The translations under genes were made by a program, and so were the position numbers. Below, in pieces: positions 31,642 to 40,365 of a stretch of DNA of 64,000 nucleotides; the stretch's first letter is position 1; each line of letters opens with the position of its first letter. Source of the DNA: Candidatus Staskawiczbacteria bacterium. Lineage in GTDB: Bacteria; Patescibacteriota; Minisyncoccia; Minisyncoccales; Staskawiczbacteraceae. The DNA lies in NCBI GenBank assembly GCA_023245155.1, contig JAHFKV010000001.1, forward strand, positions 11,034-75,033, in the 5' to 3' direction. The notes beneath the pieces are model-generated. The model was not told the DNA's origin. It worked only from the letters and a program-made list of their open reading frames with translations, and made no database searches.

Positions 31642-31791
31642 GTTTTAAGATTTAGTTTCCAAAGTGGCTCTCGCAGGCGAAAAAGCATGGTTTTTCGTGC
31701 AAAGACACGAAAATTTTTCGCTGAGAGTGCAGGGCGAAAAATCTCGCTGGAGATTTTTACGCCTGGCACTTTGGGGGCTAAATCTTAAAAC
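31642..31791 (+). repeat. three-way-junction structured repeat, copy A (candidate ncRNA)
   Basis: shares the conserved core with 47463-47641 and 60172-60296; 25-bp continuous closing helix; compensatory differences. Confidence 0.85.
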
Positions 31792-31823
31792 ACACCAACC
31801 AAAAGGCGCTCTCCAGCATCTTC

Positions 31824-33218
31824 TTACGTATTCTTAATGTCATTATATACTTTCTGTAAAATTGCGACCATGGCGTAGGTGTCGCGCTTGCAGTATTCAA
31901 GCATATCGTGTTTTAATCTTTCGCGCTGAGTGGGTGGGGTTTTTTCACTGGTCATTTCCGGCCAGCTGGCAGAAGCCGTTTCCCCTTCCTGGATGGCTAA
32001 GTCTTTGTAAGATAATTCCGGGCACAAGACGGGTAAAACCACTTTTAAGGAAGCTAATTTTTTAAATTCACTTTTGGTGTACAGCTGATTTTTAAATTTA
32101 AACAAGAGCATAAGGTCAAACATCCGCTCATTCATAGAATTCAGTAAATCAGAAAATTCCGGATATTCGGCAGCCATTTCGTTGTTGCGCCCCGTTTCAA
32201 AAGGGGCAAACCAAACAATGATGCTGCCTTTTGGCCCTACATCCTTGGCTAACTTCTCTAACAATTTAAGCAACGGATTTTCAAACGCATCCGCTAAAAA
32301 ATCAACGTGCTTGGGTTTTGCACCCGGGGCTTCTTGGATATGCACAGAATATTGGAATGGAATTTGCTGATAAGGCTTGGTGCCGTCAAAGGGCGGAATA
32401 GCATAATTATACGTTTCATAATCAAAAAAATATAAGGGGAATTTCAGCTTGGCCAATTCGTGCTTGATACCTTCAATATTAATTTGGGTGAACGCAACGG
32501 GCGGCTTGAAACCTAGTTTTTCCAAAAGCGCGGCAGGAAGCTTGCGGTAATCCAAAATTTCACGCTCAAGCAAGTGGGCTAACTGGGTTGGCTGGATATT
32601 TTCTGCCAAAGGATAAATACCCTCTGACATTTTAACGTAATATTCCAAATAATCGCAGTATTTAGGATTTTTGCAAGCATTAATCAAACTTATGCTCGGC
32701 TCATCGGTAATATCCATAATTTTCAAAGCGCGCTGTATTTCATCTTTAATTTCGGGCAGCAATTCTTCCACTTCTTCGGTAATATCTTCAACTTCAAAAA
32801 GCTCAACAGGATTAATGGCGCCATGGCGGACATAGTTTCCATTAATATGCACCAATTTCAGGCGCCCAATTTTTTTGCCCGCGTTTTCAAAACAGATTTT
32901 CTGGAAACCCAAATCATACAAGTATTCTTTTTTGACTTTGGTGGCCATTTTTACTTCGTGCATGTCAAAGAAGCCACCAGCAGCGGGAACTAACATGTCC
33001 GCCCGGGCAAGTAGTTCCCCGGCGGTGGCAGTGGGCTGGATCAACACTCCCGAATCCACGGGAAATAATTGCTTAGCCAGCTCATCTACTTCTCTCCCGG
33101 CCGCCAAAATCCGTTCTTTTTGGGCGTCGTCATCGGGCAACTGCTCGGGCCGGTGTTTGGAAAGCCACAAGTACATGGGGCATTCCAAATAATTCATAAA
33201 ATCGGTTTTAGTTAACAT
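31824..33218 (-). CDS. DUF2779-type protein (Cas4-like nuclease N-terminus)
   Basis: MLTKTDFMNYLECPMYLWL start typical of DUF2779; 464 aa. Confidence 0.65.
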   Translation of the reverse strand: MLTKTDFMNYLECPMYLWLSKHRPEQLPDDDAQKERILAAGREVDELAKQLFPVDSGVLIQPTATAGELLARADMLVPAAGGFFDMHEVKMATKVKKEYLYDLGFQKICFENAGKKIGRLKLVHINGNYVRHGAINPVELFEVEDITEEVEELLPEIKDEIQRALKIMDITDEPSISLINACKNPKYCDYLEYYVKMSEGIYPLAENIQPTQLAHLLEREILDYRKLPAALLEKLGFKPPVAFTQINIEGIKHELAKLKFPLYFFDYETYNYAIPPFDGTKPYQQIPFQYSVHIQEAPGAKPKHVDFLADAFENPLLKLLEKLAKDVGPKGSIIVWFAPFETGRNNEMAAEYPEFSDLLNSMNERMFDLMLLFKFKNQLYTKSEFKKLASLKVVLPVLCPELSYKDLAIQEGETASASWPEMTSEKTPPTQRERLKHDMLEYCKRDTYAMVAILQKVYNDIKNT

Positions 33219-33226
33219 TCTCTATA

Positions 33227-34018
33227 TTAATACCCCGCGCTTCCGCTTACTCCCGTGGTAGTACCGGCTGCCCCCAATACATTAATAACTCCTCCGTTAA
33301 TCTGTAAATTTACATTGGCATCCAACTTGAAGTTTGCTTTCACTTCTCCATTGCTATCCATTCCAGCAGAAGTATTTGAATCTACCGTTCCGCCGGTTAT
33401 AGTCAGGATGTTATAAGAATTCACACCTACCATTGCGTTTTCCCGGCTTTCAAAGTTCACTACAGGAGCGAACACAAATTCGCTCTTACTGGTCTTGTGC
33501 AACGATTGGTCAGCTAACACGTCAAAGGTTGCCACCGAAGAAGTTCCGCCAGTCACCTTCAACGTCCCTGCCATTTTAAAATCTCCTGAAGGAAGCGCGG
33601 CCGCTTTGGCAGTTTTTCCAGTTTCAGTTACTGTGGCGCCGGAAATGTGGAACCAGGCTTGGTCATAGGTGTCAGCTGCCACGGTAGCGGTTGCCATTAA
33701 TTGAGCGGCGCCGCTGGCTTTTAAATTAAGTAAACTGAATGTTTGCGGATTCGTGGAAACGGTCACCCAACCTTGGCTTTCGCTGTGAACGTATATTTTA
33801 TCTACGGTCATATCCACCGCGCTTACGTTACCCATATTAACTGCTGCGTCTTTAAATGACATATAGATTGTGCCGTTGGCTGAAGCGCCATTACTTGGAT
33901 TGTTCATGGAACTATATTGGCCCGCCTGGTTATGATTGCCAGACAGTAGTAGCCAACCCCCTCCGATTAACAAAATAAAGACTATGATGATAATTGCTGT
34001 AACAACTCCTTTGCTCAT
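33227..34018 (-). CDS. DUF4382-like membrane-anchored protein
   Basis: TM anchor then VDKIYVHS..GWVTVS...FSLLNL pattern. Confidence 0.5.
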   Translation of the reverse strand: MSKGVVTAIIIIVFILLIGGGWLLLSGNHNQAGQYSSMNNPSNGASANGTIYMSFKDAAVNMGNVSAVDMTVDKIYVHSESQGWVTVSTNPQTFSLLNLKASGAAQLMATATVAADTYDQAWFHISGATVTETGKTAKAAALPSGDFKMAGTLKVTGGTSSVATFDVLADQSLHKTSKSEFVFAPVVNFESRENAMVGVNSYNILTITGGTVDSNTSAGMDSNGEVKANFKLDANVNLQINGGVINVLGAAGTTTGVSGSAGY

Positions 34019-34084
34019 GTGAATAAATAGATTAATTGTAGAAGATAGACTGATGCCAGCAGACTACGCCCTTGTTTCTTACAA

Positions 34085-34414
34085 CTAGTTGGTGTAGCTG
34101 GACGGAGTATTTATCCGGCCTACCATTTTCATGAATGCCACTAACACATACCCGATAATAGAGTAAAAAACCATGGCAATTAACACCGACGGCTCAAGCA
34201 CCATCTGACCCACAGCCGAAGTGCCAAACATACCATTAAACGGCCCCACCAGCACCAGGCTGATAGAATACAAAAACGCAACGATTTGATTTTCCGGATT
34301 AGCCCCTAGTAACTTTAACGCAAAACGCAAAAATAAAGTGAGTTCTATGATCCACAAAACGTAATAAATGATATCGTACGCAAACTGTTCTATTTTTAGT
34401 GGTACGTTGTCCAT
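34085..34414 (-). CDS. YggT-like membrane protein
   Basis: LFLRFALKLLGANP motif, 3 TM. Confidence 0.45.
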   Translation of the reverse strand: MDNVPLKIEQFAYDIIYYVLWIIELTLFLRFALKLLGANPENQIVAFLYSISLVLVGPFNGMFGTSAVGQMVLEPSVLIAMVFYSIIGYVLVAFMKMVGRINTPSSYTN

Positions 34415-34442
34415 ATTCTTCTGTATGACTACGAAGTAATTT

Positions 34443-35564
34443 CTACTTTAACAAACTTCCACCGACCTTTACTTGATTATTAATTTGTACTCCTCTAACC
34501 TCATTATTGTCAATATGAATAACACCAGCTCCTTGTTTGAGCATCGTATCTTCATCGGTATCATTGGCAGGCTGGTTTAGTTTTACTTTCAGTTTTGATT
34601 CGTTAGAAACATAAATGTTAATTTCCTGCAAGGTGCGCAAAGCATCTTGGTAATTAATAAGACCATCTTGGTAATTTTCCAATTGCACATTGGCCTTTCC
34701 AGAAGCAATATCCTGGTTTACCAGAACCAAATCTGCCTGGCCTTTCACATAGGTATCAACGCTCACCTGGCCTTGCCTGTTTAACAAGAACCGGCTGGTT
34801 TTTTCCGCTAAAGCATCAGCTTCATTTGCTTTGGCGGCAACCTGGGTGGCCAAAACGGCTGATGATTGCAAAGGAACGTCTAACTCATCAGATTTGCGGG
34901 ATTGCTTAACCTTGCTAACGGTATCTTTGACATCCTTTAGAATGGGTTTAACCCCTGCGGAAGAAACAGCGCCGCGATCATTGGCTATTTTATCAAGGAC
35001 GCGCGCATTGGCATTCAATGAAGCTTCCAGATCTGAATTAATCTGGATGGCTTCAGCAACCGTTTGACCCTGCTTAAGGTGTTCAATCCGCTGCTTAGCA
35101 TCGGCAATATGCCGGTTGAGCAAAGCATTAACCTGGACGGAGGCCTCTGCATTTAATCTATTTTCGGAAGCGGCTTGTTCTGTTTCCTGGAAACGCAACT
35201 GGACAAGATTAAGGTCATAACTGGCTTTCGCCTGTTCAGAAAACATCGTCCAGGCCAACACTTTTTCAGTTACCCCAGTTTTAAAGCCATACAAGCGGTC
35301 TCCTGGTAAGGCATTCTGGGCTGCAAAAGCAATACTACCGCCACCCACCAACAATGCCATGGCAGCCAAAGAAACAACGCGGAATGCCGGGGTTTTTGTA
35401 AACCCGAACCAGGCAAAACGAGCGGCCACAGGAGTCACTAAAGGATGCTGTTGCATGAAATGCAGCAGGTGTGACTTCATTGCCGCTTTTTCTTCTGGTA
35501 ACAAAGCTTCCTTGGGAGAGCTTTGAATGATTTCTTTTAGTTGTTGTTCAATGGTTGGTTCCAT
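34443..35564 (-). CDS. DUF5667-type putative anti-sigma factor
   Basis: follows and overlaps the ECF sigma gene; TM helix then ALPGDRLYGFK motif and a long helical region. Confidence 0.6.
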   Translation of the reverse strand: MEPTIEQQLKEIIQSSPKEALLPEEKAAMKSHLLHFMQQHPLVTPVAARFAWFGFTKTPAFRVVSLAAMALLVGGGSIAFAAQNALPGDRLYGFKTGVTEKVLAWTMFSEQAKASYDLNLVQLRFQETEQAASENRLNAEASVQVNALLNRHIADAKQRIEHLKQGQTVAEAIQINSDLEASLNANARVLDKIANDRGAVSSAGVKPILKDVKDTVSKVKQSRKSDELDVPLQSSAVLATQVAAKANEADALAEKTSRFLLNRQGQVSVDTYVKGQADLVLVNQDIASGKANVQLENYQDGLINYQDALRTLQEINIYVSNESKLKVKLNQPANDTDEDTMLKQGAGVIHIDNNEVRGVQINNQVKVGGSLLK

Positions 35565-36052
35565 AGTTTTTTTACTTTTTCCAATCCGCGGCTCAGCCTC
35601 ACATAAATATTATTTTCCGTTTCGTTAAGGGCGAAGGCAATTTCTTTGGTGGAAAGGTCATCAACATATTTCATCAATATTACATCGCGGTATTTTTCAT
35701 CTAATGACTTTACCATATTAATAATTTCTTTTCCGGTGAAATAATCCTGAGTTTTTTCGCGCGTGTCGGTTTTGGGCGTGAATCCTTTTTCCATAATTCC
35801 ATCTAACGAAGTGGCTTTGCGCTTGCGGGATTCGTCAATAATAATGTTGTTGGCGGTGCGGTATAAGAATGCCCTCAAGTTTTGGATTTCCTTGCCTTCA
35901 GACAGGTATTTCCAAGTCCGGCAATAGGCTTCTTGGACATAATCCTTGGCTTTTTCGCGGTCGAAAACACGATAATAGCAATATCGGAATATGGCATCAG
36001 AATACTGCTCGTAGGCCACTAGGAATTGTTGTTCTTTATCGGCACCTAACAT
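35537..36052 (-). CDS. ECF-type RNA polymerase sigma factor
   Basis: region 2 (YVQEAYCRTW) and region 4 (LSTKEIAFALNETENNIYVRLSRG). Confidence 0.88.
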   Translation of the reverse strand: MLGADKEQQFLVAYEQYSDAIFRYCYYRVFDREKAKDYVQEAYCRTWKYLSEGKEIQNLRAFLYRTANNIIIDESRKRKATSLDGIMEKGFTPKTDTREKTQDYFTGKEIINMVKSLDEKYRDVILMKYVDDLSTKEIAFALNETENNIYVRLSRGLEKVKKLWNQPLNNN

Positions 36053-36084
36053 GTGAGACGTATTAAGATTTTGTTACTTACACT

Positions 36085-36109
36085 TTACGCTACTTTGTAA
36101 GAAAGTTCC
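36085..36109 (-). promoter_or_regulatory. candidate ECF-type autoregulated promoter
   Basis: minus strand GGAAC-15 nt-CGTAA about 30 nt upstream of the sigma start. Confidence 0.4.
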
Positions 36110-36137
36110 ACCTGCCCCGCTTCGGCGGGGCTTTGTA

Positions 36138-36166
36138 TTGTAAAAATGGAAATTACATGGTATGAT
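36138..36166 (+). promoter_or_regulatory. candidate sigma70 promoter of pyk
   Basis: TTGTAA-17 nt-TATGAT. Confidence 0.5.
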
Positions 36167-36193
36167 TTATTTTGTATTTAAAAAATAACTAAC

Positions 36194-36245
36194 ACGAGGA
36201 AGGTATCCAGCGTCCCGCTTAGCGGGACGAGGAAGGTATCCAGCG
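36194..36245 (+). repeat. 19-nt direct repeat x2 flanking a hairpin in the pyk leader
   Basis: ACGAGGAAGGTATCCAGCG at 36194 and 36227, with GTCCCGC-TTA-GCGGGAC between them. Confidence 0.9.
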
Positions 36246-36298
36246 GAAATCAGGCCGCAAGGAATACTGTATATTAAAAATTAAGCCTGATTTCCGAG

Positions 36299-37351
36299 GT
36301 GAATTTTTACACTTCGTTTAAAAAATTCATGAATCCAAAAATTGTGGCTAATGTGGGCAGAAGATCCGGAGACTATGAAATCTTAAAAAAAATGGCGTTG
36401 GCTGGTATGGATACGTGTCGGCTTAATTTTGCGCACGCCTCAAACGACCAACTGATAGAATTAAAGGCCAATTTGAAAAAAGTTGAAGAAGAAACAGGCA
36501 TTCATGTAAAAGTTTTTCAAGACTTATGCGGACCCAGAATCAGAGTTGGGGTAATGCCCGAAGACATCCACATGAAAGAAGGTGAAAATTATTCTTTTTC
36601 ATTTGACAAATGTGACCCCAACGATAAAACCTGCGTCCCCATTGATAGCAAAGATTTAATTAACGATTTAGAAGTCGGCCATCCGTTTTATTTGGTCAAT
36701 GGTGCCATCGAATTAACCATTACTAAAATCTCCGATGGGAAAATTTATTGCGCAGTTGAACGAGGCGGACTTTTGAGCAGCAAAAAAGGGATTAATTTAC
36801 CAAAAACTAATTTATCTGGTGGCGGTTTAACCAAAAAAGATGAAATTGATGCGGCTTTTGGCGCATCGGTGGGCGTGGATTACATGGGGCTATCGTTCGT
36901 ACAAAGCGAGGAAGATATCATTAAACTGCGAAAAATTATCGGCCCAAACATTCCCATTATCGCTAAAATTGAAAGGGGCACGGCCATGCCGGCGATTGAT
37001 AAAATTATCCGCGAATCCGACGGCATTATGATTGCGCGCGGAGATTTAGGTATTGAAATGCCGTTGGAAGAATTGCCCATTTTGCAAAAAGAACTCATCC
37101 GCCACGCGCATTGGCACAAAAAATCTGCCATGGTTGCCACCCAAATGATGATGAGTATGGTGGAAAAAAGCCATCCAACGTATGCGGAAGTTACCGATGT
37201 AGCAAACGCCGTTTTTGATGGAGCTGATACACTCATGCTTTCCGATGAAACTGCGGTGGGAAAATATCCGGTAGAGTGTGTGGCAACTATGAAAAAGATT
37301 ATTGACCGGGCGGACGAATACTTTAACAAAATGAATTATTGGAACGAATAG
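36299..37351 (+). CDS. pyk: pyruvate kinase, short form lacking the C-terminal regulatory domain
   Basis: RLNFAH, MIARGDLGIE, MLSDETA motifs; GTG at 36299 or ATG at 36329. Confidence 0.85.
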   Translation: MNFYTSFKKFMNPKIVANVGRRSGDYEILKKMALAGMDTCRLNFAHASNDQLIELKANLKKVEEETGIHVKVFQDLCGPRIRVGVMPEDIHMKEGENYSFSFDKCDPNDKTCVPIDSKDLINDLEVGHPFYLVNGAIELTITKISDGKIYCAVERGGLLSSKKGINLPKTNLSGGGLTKKDEIDAAFGASVGVDYMGLSFVQSEEDIIKLRKIIGPNIPIIAKIERGTAMPAIDKIIRESDGIMIARGDLGIEMPLEELPILQKELIRHAHWHKKSAMVATQMMMSMVEKSHPTYAEVTDVANAVFDGADTLMLSDETAVGKYPVECVATMKKIIDRADEYFNKMNYWNE

Positions 37352-37364
37352 GGTTTTGCAATTT

Positions 37365-37399
37365 AAAAGCGCCCCGATGTACATCGGGGCGCTTTTTTT
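37365..37399. terminator. bidirectional terminator between pyk and obg
   Basis: AAAAGCGCCCCGAT-GTAC-ATCGGGGCGCTTTTTTT. Confidence 0.85.
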
Positions 37400-37403
37400 A
37401 TAA

Positions 37404-38378
37404 TTATACTATCGCTGTTTTTTCTTGTATTAAACGATTCAATACTTTTTTAAGCTCTTCCATACTTTGAACATCAATAATGGAAATTGGCACCACACTT
37501 TTGCCAAGGGCAGAGAATTCTTTGGCGATTTGGGCCATTTCATCTTGGCTAACTGCATCGCTTTTACTCAAAAAAATATATTCGGCTTTTTCCAAAAGCT
37601 GAGGATTATATTCCTCTAATTCTTTTCGCACAGTTGTATAGTCTTGCACAGGATGCATAGAATCAGCCGCAACTAAATGGAATAAAACGCGAGTGCGCTC
37701 TACATGCTTTAAAAACCGGATACCCAAACCTTTCCCAGTTGAAGCTCCTTCAATCAATCCGGGAATGTCAGCTAAAATTAGTTCATAATAAACTCCAAGA
37801 TTCGGCTCAAGGGTTGTAAACGGATAATTGGCAACTTTACTTTTAGCTGCCGTTAATGCATTTAACAAGCTGGATTTCCCCACATTCGGCAAACCGATTA
37901 ACCCCACATCCGCGATCATTTTCAATTCCAGGCGCATGGTAAAATCTTCCCCGTTTTTGCCTTTTTCAGCTTGCATAGGCGTGGTATTAGTGGGCCCCCG
38001 GAATTTAAAATTCCCCCGGCCGCCCTTACCGCCCTTAGCCATCAATTCCAATTGGCCAATCTTGGTAATTTCCATGCTGCGCTTGGTGACCAAATTATGG
38101 ATAATCGTTCCCACCGGCACCAGAAGCACTAAATCTTCCCCGTTATGCCCATCGTTCAACTGAAACTTTCCCATTTGGCCGTTTTTAGCCGCCAACTCTT
38201 TTTTAAAACGGAATTGGCGCAAGGCATTCAAATCAGAAACTCCTTTCATATAAACATCCCCTCCTTTTCCGCCATTGCCGCCGGTGGGGCCCAACGTCAT
38301 CTTAGTTTTAGAAAACCGTACCACACCATCGCCTCCATTCCCTCCGGAAACTTTAATTGTTACGTCATCAATAATCAT
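37404..38378 (-). CDS. obg: GTPase Obg/CgtA
   Basis: Gly-rich Obg fold (GGNGGDG, GGKGG) plus G1 GLPNVGKS. Confidence 0.93.
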   Translation of the reverse strand: MIIDDVTIKVSGGNGGDGVVRFSKTKMTLGPTGGNGGKGGDVYMKGVSDLNALRQFRFKKELAAKNGQMGKFQLNDGHNGEDLVLLVPVGTIIHNLVTKRSMEITKIGQLELMAKGGKGGRGNFKFRGPTNTTPMQAEKGKNGEDFTMRLELKMIADVGLIGLPNVGKSSLLNALTAAKSKVANYPFTTLEPNLGVYYELILADIPGLIEGASTGKGLGIRFLKHVERTRVLFHLVAADSMHPVQDYTTVRKELEEYNPQLLEKAEYIFLSKSDAVSQDEMAQIAKEFSALGKSVVPISIIDVQSMEELKKVLNRLIQEKTAIV

Positions 38379-38379
38379 G

Positions 38380-39846
38380 TTATTTTAGAAATTTTCCCAA
38401 GTCTAAGGTTTGGTCAATCCTGATTTTTGCCGCAAATTCGGGCATATGACTGACCAAAATTATCGCTCCTCCAAATTCGTTAATGGCTTTAGCAATCACG
38501 GGAATGTGTCTGAAATTAATGTGGTTGGTAGGCTCGTCTAAAATCAGCAGTCCGGGTTTCTGCAGCGAAATAGCGGCAAAGGCCACCAAGCCTTTTTGAC
38601 CCTCGGAAAGTTTTTCAATCTTGGTTTTTAACATGTCCGCATCAATCAAAAAGCCGGCTGCGTGAGCGCGCAAATGTTGCTCAGTAATTTCCACCCCATT
38701 CTTAATATTTGAAAGAAGTTCGTGGACGGTTTTTGTAAAATCCAAGTTTGAAAAATCTTGGCGGTAATAACCGATATGCAAACCTTCTTTTACATGCTCG
38801 CCTTTGGCATGCCCGCTGGCTAATTTTTCCAGCAAGGTGGTTTTACCAATACCGTTGGGACCAACCAAAAGCAACCGGTCCTTCTTTCCCAACTCAACAG
38901 CAACCTTTTTATCAATAAATTTATGATTCTTTACAATGGTAACCGAATCTAATTTTAACAACGTCCCGCCAATATCTTCTTGGGCTTCAATGGTAAAATG
39001 CTTAATCGTTTTGTCTTCCTGGCGCTGATCAACTTTTTCTTCTTCCAGCTTCTCAATGGTTTTTCTCATTTTAGCCGAAACATCACGCAAATGCCCGCCT
39101 TTTTGGGCAAAAAAGTTGGCTTGTTCTTTACGGTGGGAAATATCTTTTTCCAACCGGGCGTTTTTCATGCGTTCCCGTTCTAAGCGCATTTTAATTTCTT
39201 CCACCACTTTAAAGTAGTTGCCGGTGTACTGCTCCACTTTTTTGGTAAAAATATCTAAATACAAAACTCCTTGGGTAAAGGAATTTAAAAAATCGGCGTC
39301 ATGGGAAATAACCATGCAGGTTTTCGGATAATTAACAATAAATTCGGTTAAATGTTCAATCCCGGCTTTGTCTAAGTTATTGGTGGGTTCGTCAAGTAAT
39401 AATAAATCCGGGTCCTGGATTAATGCCGAAGCTAATAGTAGCCGCGCCTGCTGTCCGCCCGAAAGGCTTTTTAAAACTCGGTCATGAGGAACGGAAAGAT
39501 TCACAATTTCCAACACATCATGGATTTTGGGCTCTAAGTCATACACCTTTTCAGGAAAACATTTTTCAAAGAATGCTTCCACGGTTAATTCCAAGTCTTT
39601 GCGGTCAATCACCTGGCGGGCCGTTGCAATCGTTAAACCATTGAAAATGTTAATGGTGCCAGATTCCGGTTGAGCAGCACCCGTAATTAATTCAAAAATC
39701 GTGCTTTTCCCAGCTCCATTTTGGCCCATTAAGGTGATTTTTGATCCGCGGCGCAGACCAAAATCTGCTTCATCTAAAATGTGCTTAGTTTCACCCCAGC
39801 TAAAAGAAACTGCATTAAATTTTACAATCGTTTCGTTGCTTAACAT
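38380..39846 (-). CDS. ABC-F family ATPase (two NBDs, no TMD)
   Basis: two Walker A (GQNGAGKST, GPNGIGKTT) and two LSGGQ-like signatures. Confidence 0.9.
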   Translation of the reverse strand: MLSNETIVKFNAVSFSWGETKHILDEADFGLRRGSKITLMGQNGAGKSTIFELITGAAQPESGTINIFNGLTIATARQVIDRKDLELTVEAFFEKCFPEKVYDLEPKIHDVLEIVNLSVPHDRVLKSLSGGQQARLLLASALIQDPDLLLLDEPTNNLDKAGIEHLTEFIVNYPKTCMVISHDADFLNSFTQGVLYLDIFTKKVEQYTGNYFKVVEEIKMRLERERMKNARLEKDISHRKEQANFFAQKGGHLRDVSAKMRKTIEKLEEEKVDQRQEDKTIKHFTIEAQEDIGGTLLKLDSVTIVKNHKFIDKKVAVELGKKDRLLLVGPNGIGKTTLLEKLASGHAKGEHVKEGLHIGYYRQDFSNLDFTKTVHELLSNIKNGVEITEQHLRAHAAGFLIDADMLKTKIEKLSEGQKGLVAFAAISLQKPGLLILDEPTNHINFRHIPVIAKAINEFGGAIILVSHMPEFAAKIRIDQTLDLGKFLK

Positions 39847-39916
39847 TATAACGTATTGAGCATTGTACCTTGAAAAACTTTTAAAATCTAGTATGATATA
39901 TTCAAGTTAATTGTAT

Positions 39917-39989
39917 TCCCCGGTAGCTCAGCTGGTAGAGCGCCTCGCTGTTAACGAGGATGTCCTTGGTTCGAGTCCAAGCCGGGGAG
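39917..39989 (+). tRNA. tRNA-Asn (GTT)
   Basis: manual cloverleaf: TCCCCGG/CCGGGGA acceptor, CCTCG-CTGTTAA-CGAGG anticodon arm, CTTGG-TTCGAGT-CCAAG T arm; CCA not encoded. Confidence 0.93.
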
Positions 39990-40005
39990 CACCTAAACAT
40001 GCTCC

Positions 40006-40365
40006 GTGATTAAAAATCAATCTTTTTCTACTAGCTTTAAAATTGCGTTATATGGCCTGGTTTCCGCCTTTAAAGAAGAACGGAACTTCCGTTTACAATG
40101 CGTTGCCGGCGCCGCAGTTATTGTCACCATGGTGGTTTTAGGGTTAACCCCCGTTGAAAAATCCATCCTCATGGTAACCATTTTGATGGTATTAAGCCTA
40201 GAACTGATTAATTCCCAAATTGAAAAATTTCTCGACCTCATTGAGCCCAACCACCACCCGCGCGTAAAAATCATTAAAGATTTTTCAGCGGGCGCCGTGC
40301 TACTCTCAGCCATAGGTTCGGTTGTTATCGCAGCCTTAATCTTTTTACCCCACCTTATTTCCTAA
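40006..40365 (+). CDS. dgkA: diacylglycerol/undecaprenol kinase (DAGK_prokar family)
   Basis: EERNFR, LELINSQIE, KDFSAGAV motifs, 3 TM. Confidence 0.85.
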   Translation: MIKNQSFSTSFKIALYGLVSAFKEERNFRLQCVAGAAVIVTMVVLGLTPVEKSILMVTILMVLSLELINSQIEKFLDLIEPNHHPRVKIIKDFSAGAVLLSAIGSVVIAALIFLPHLIS

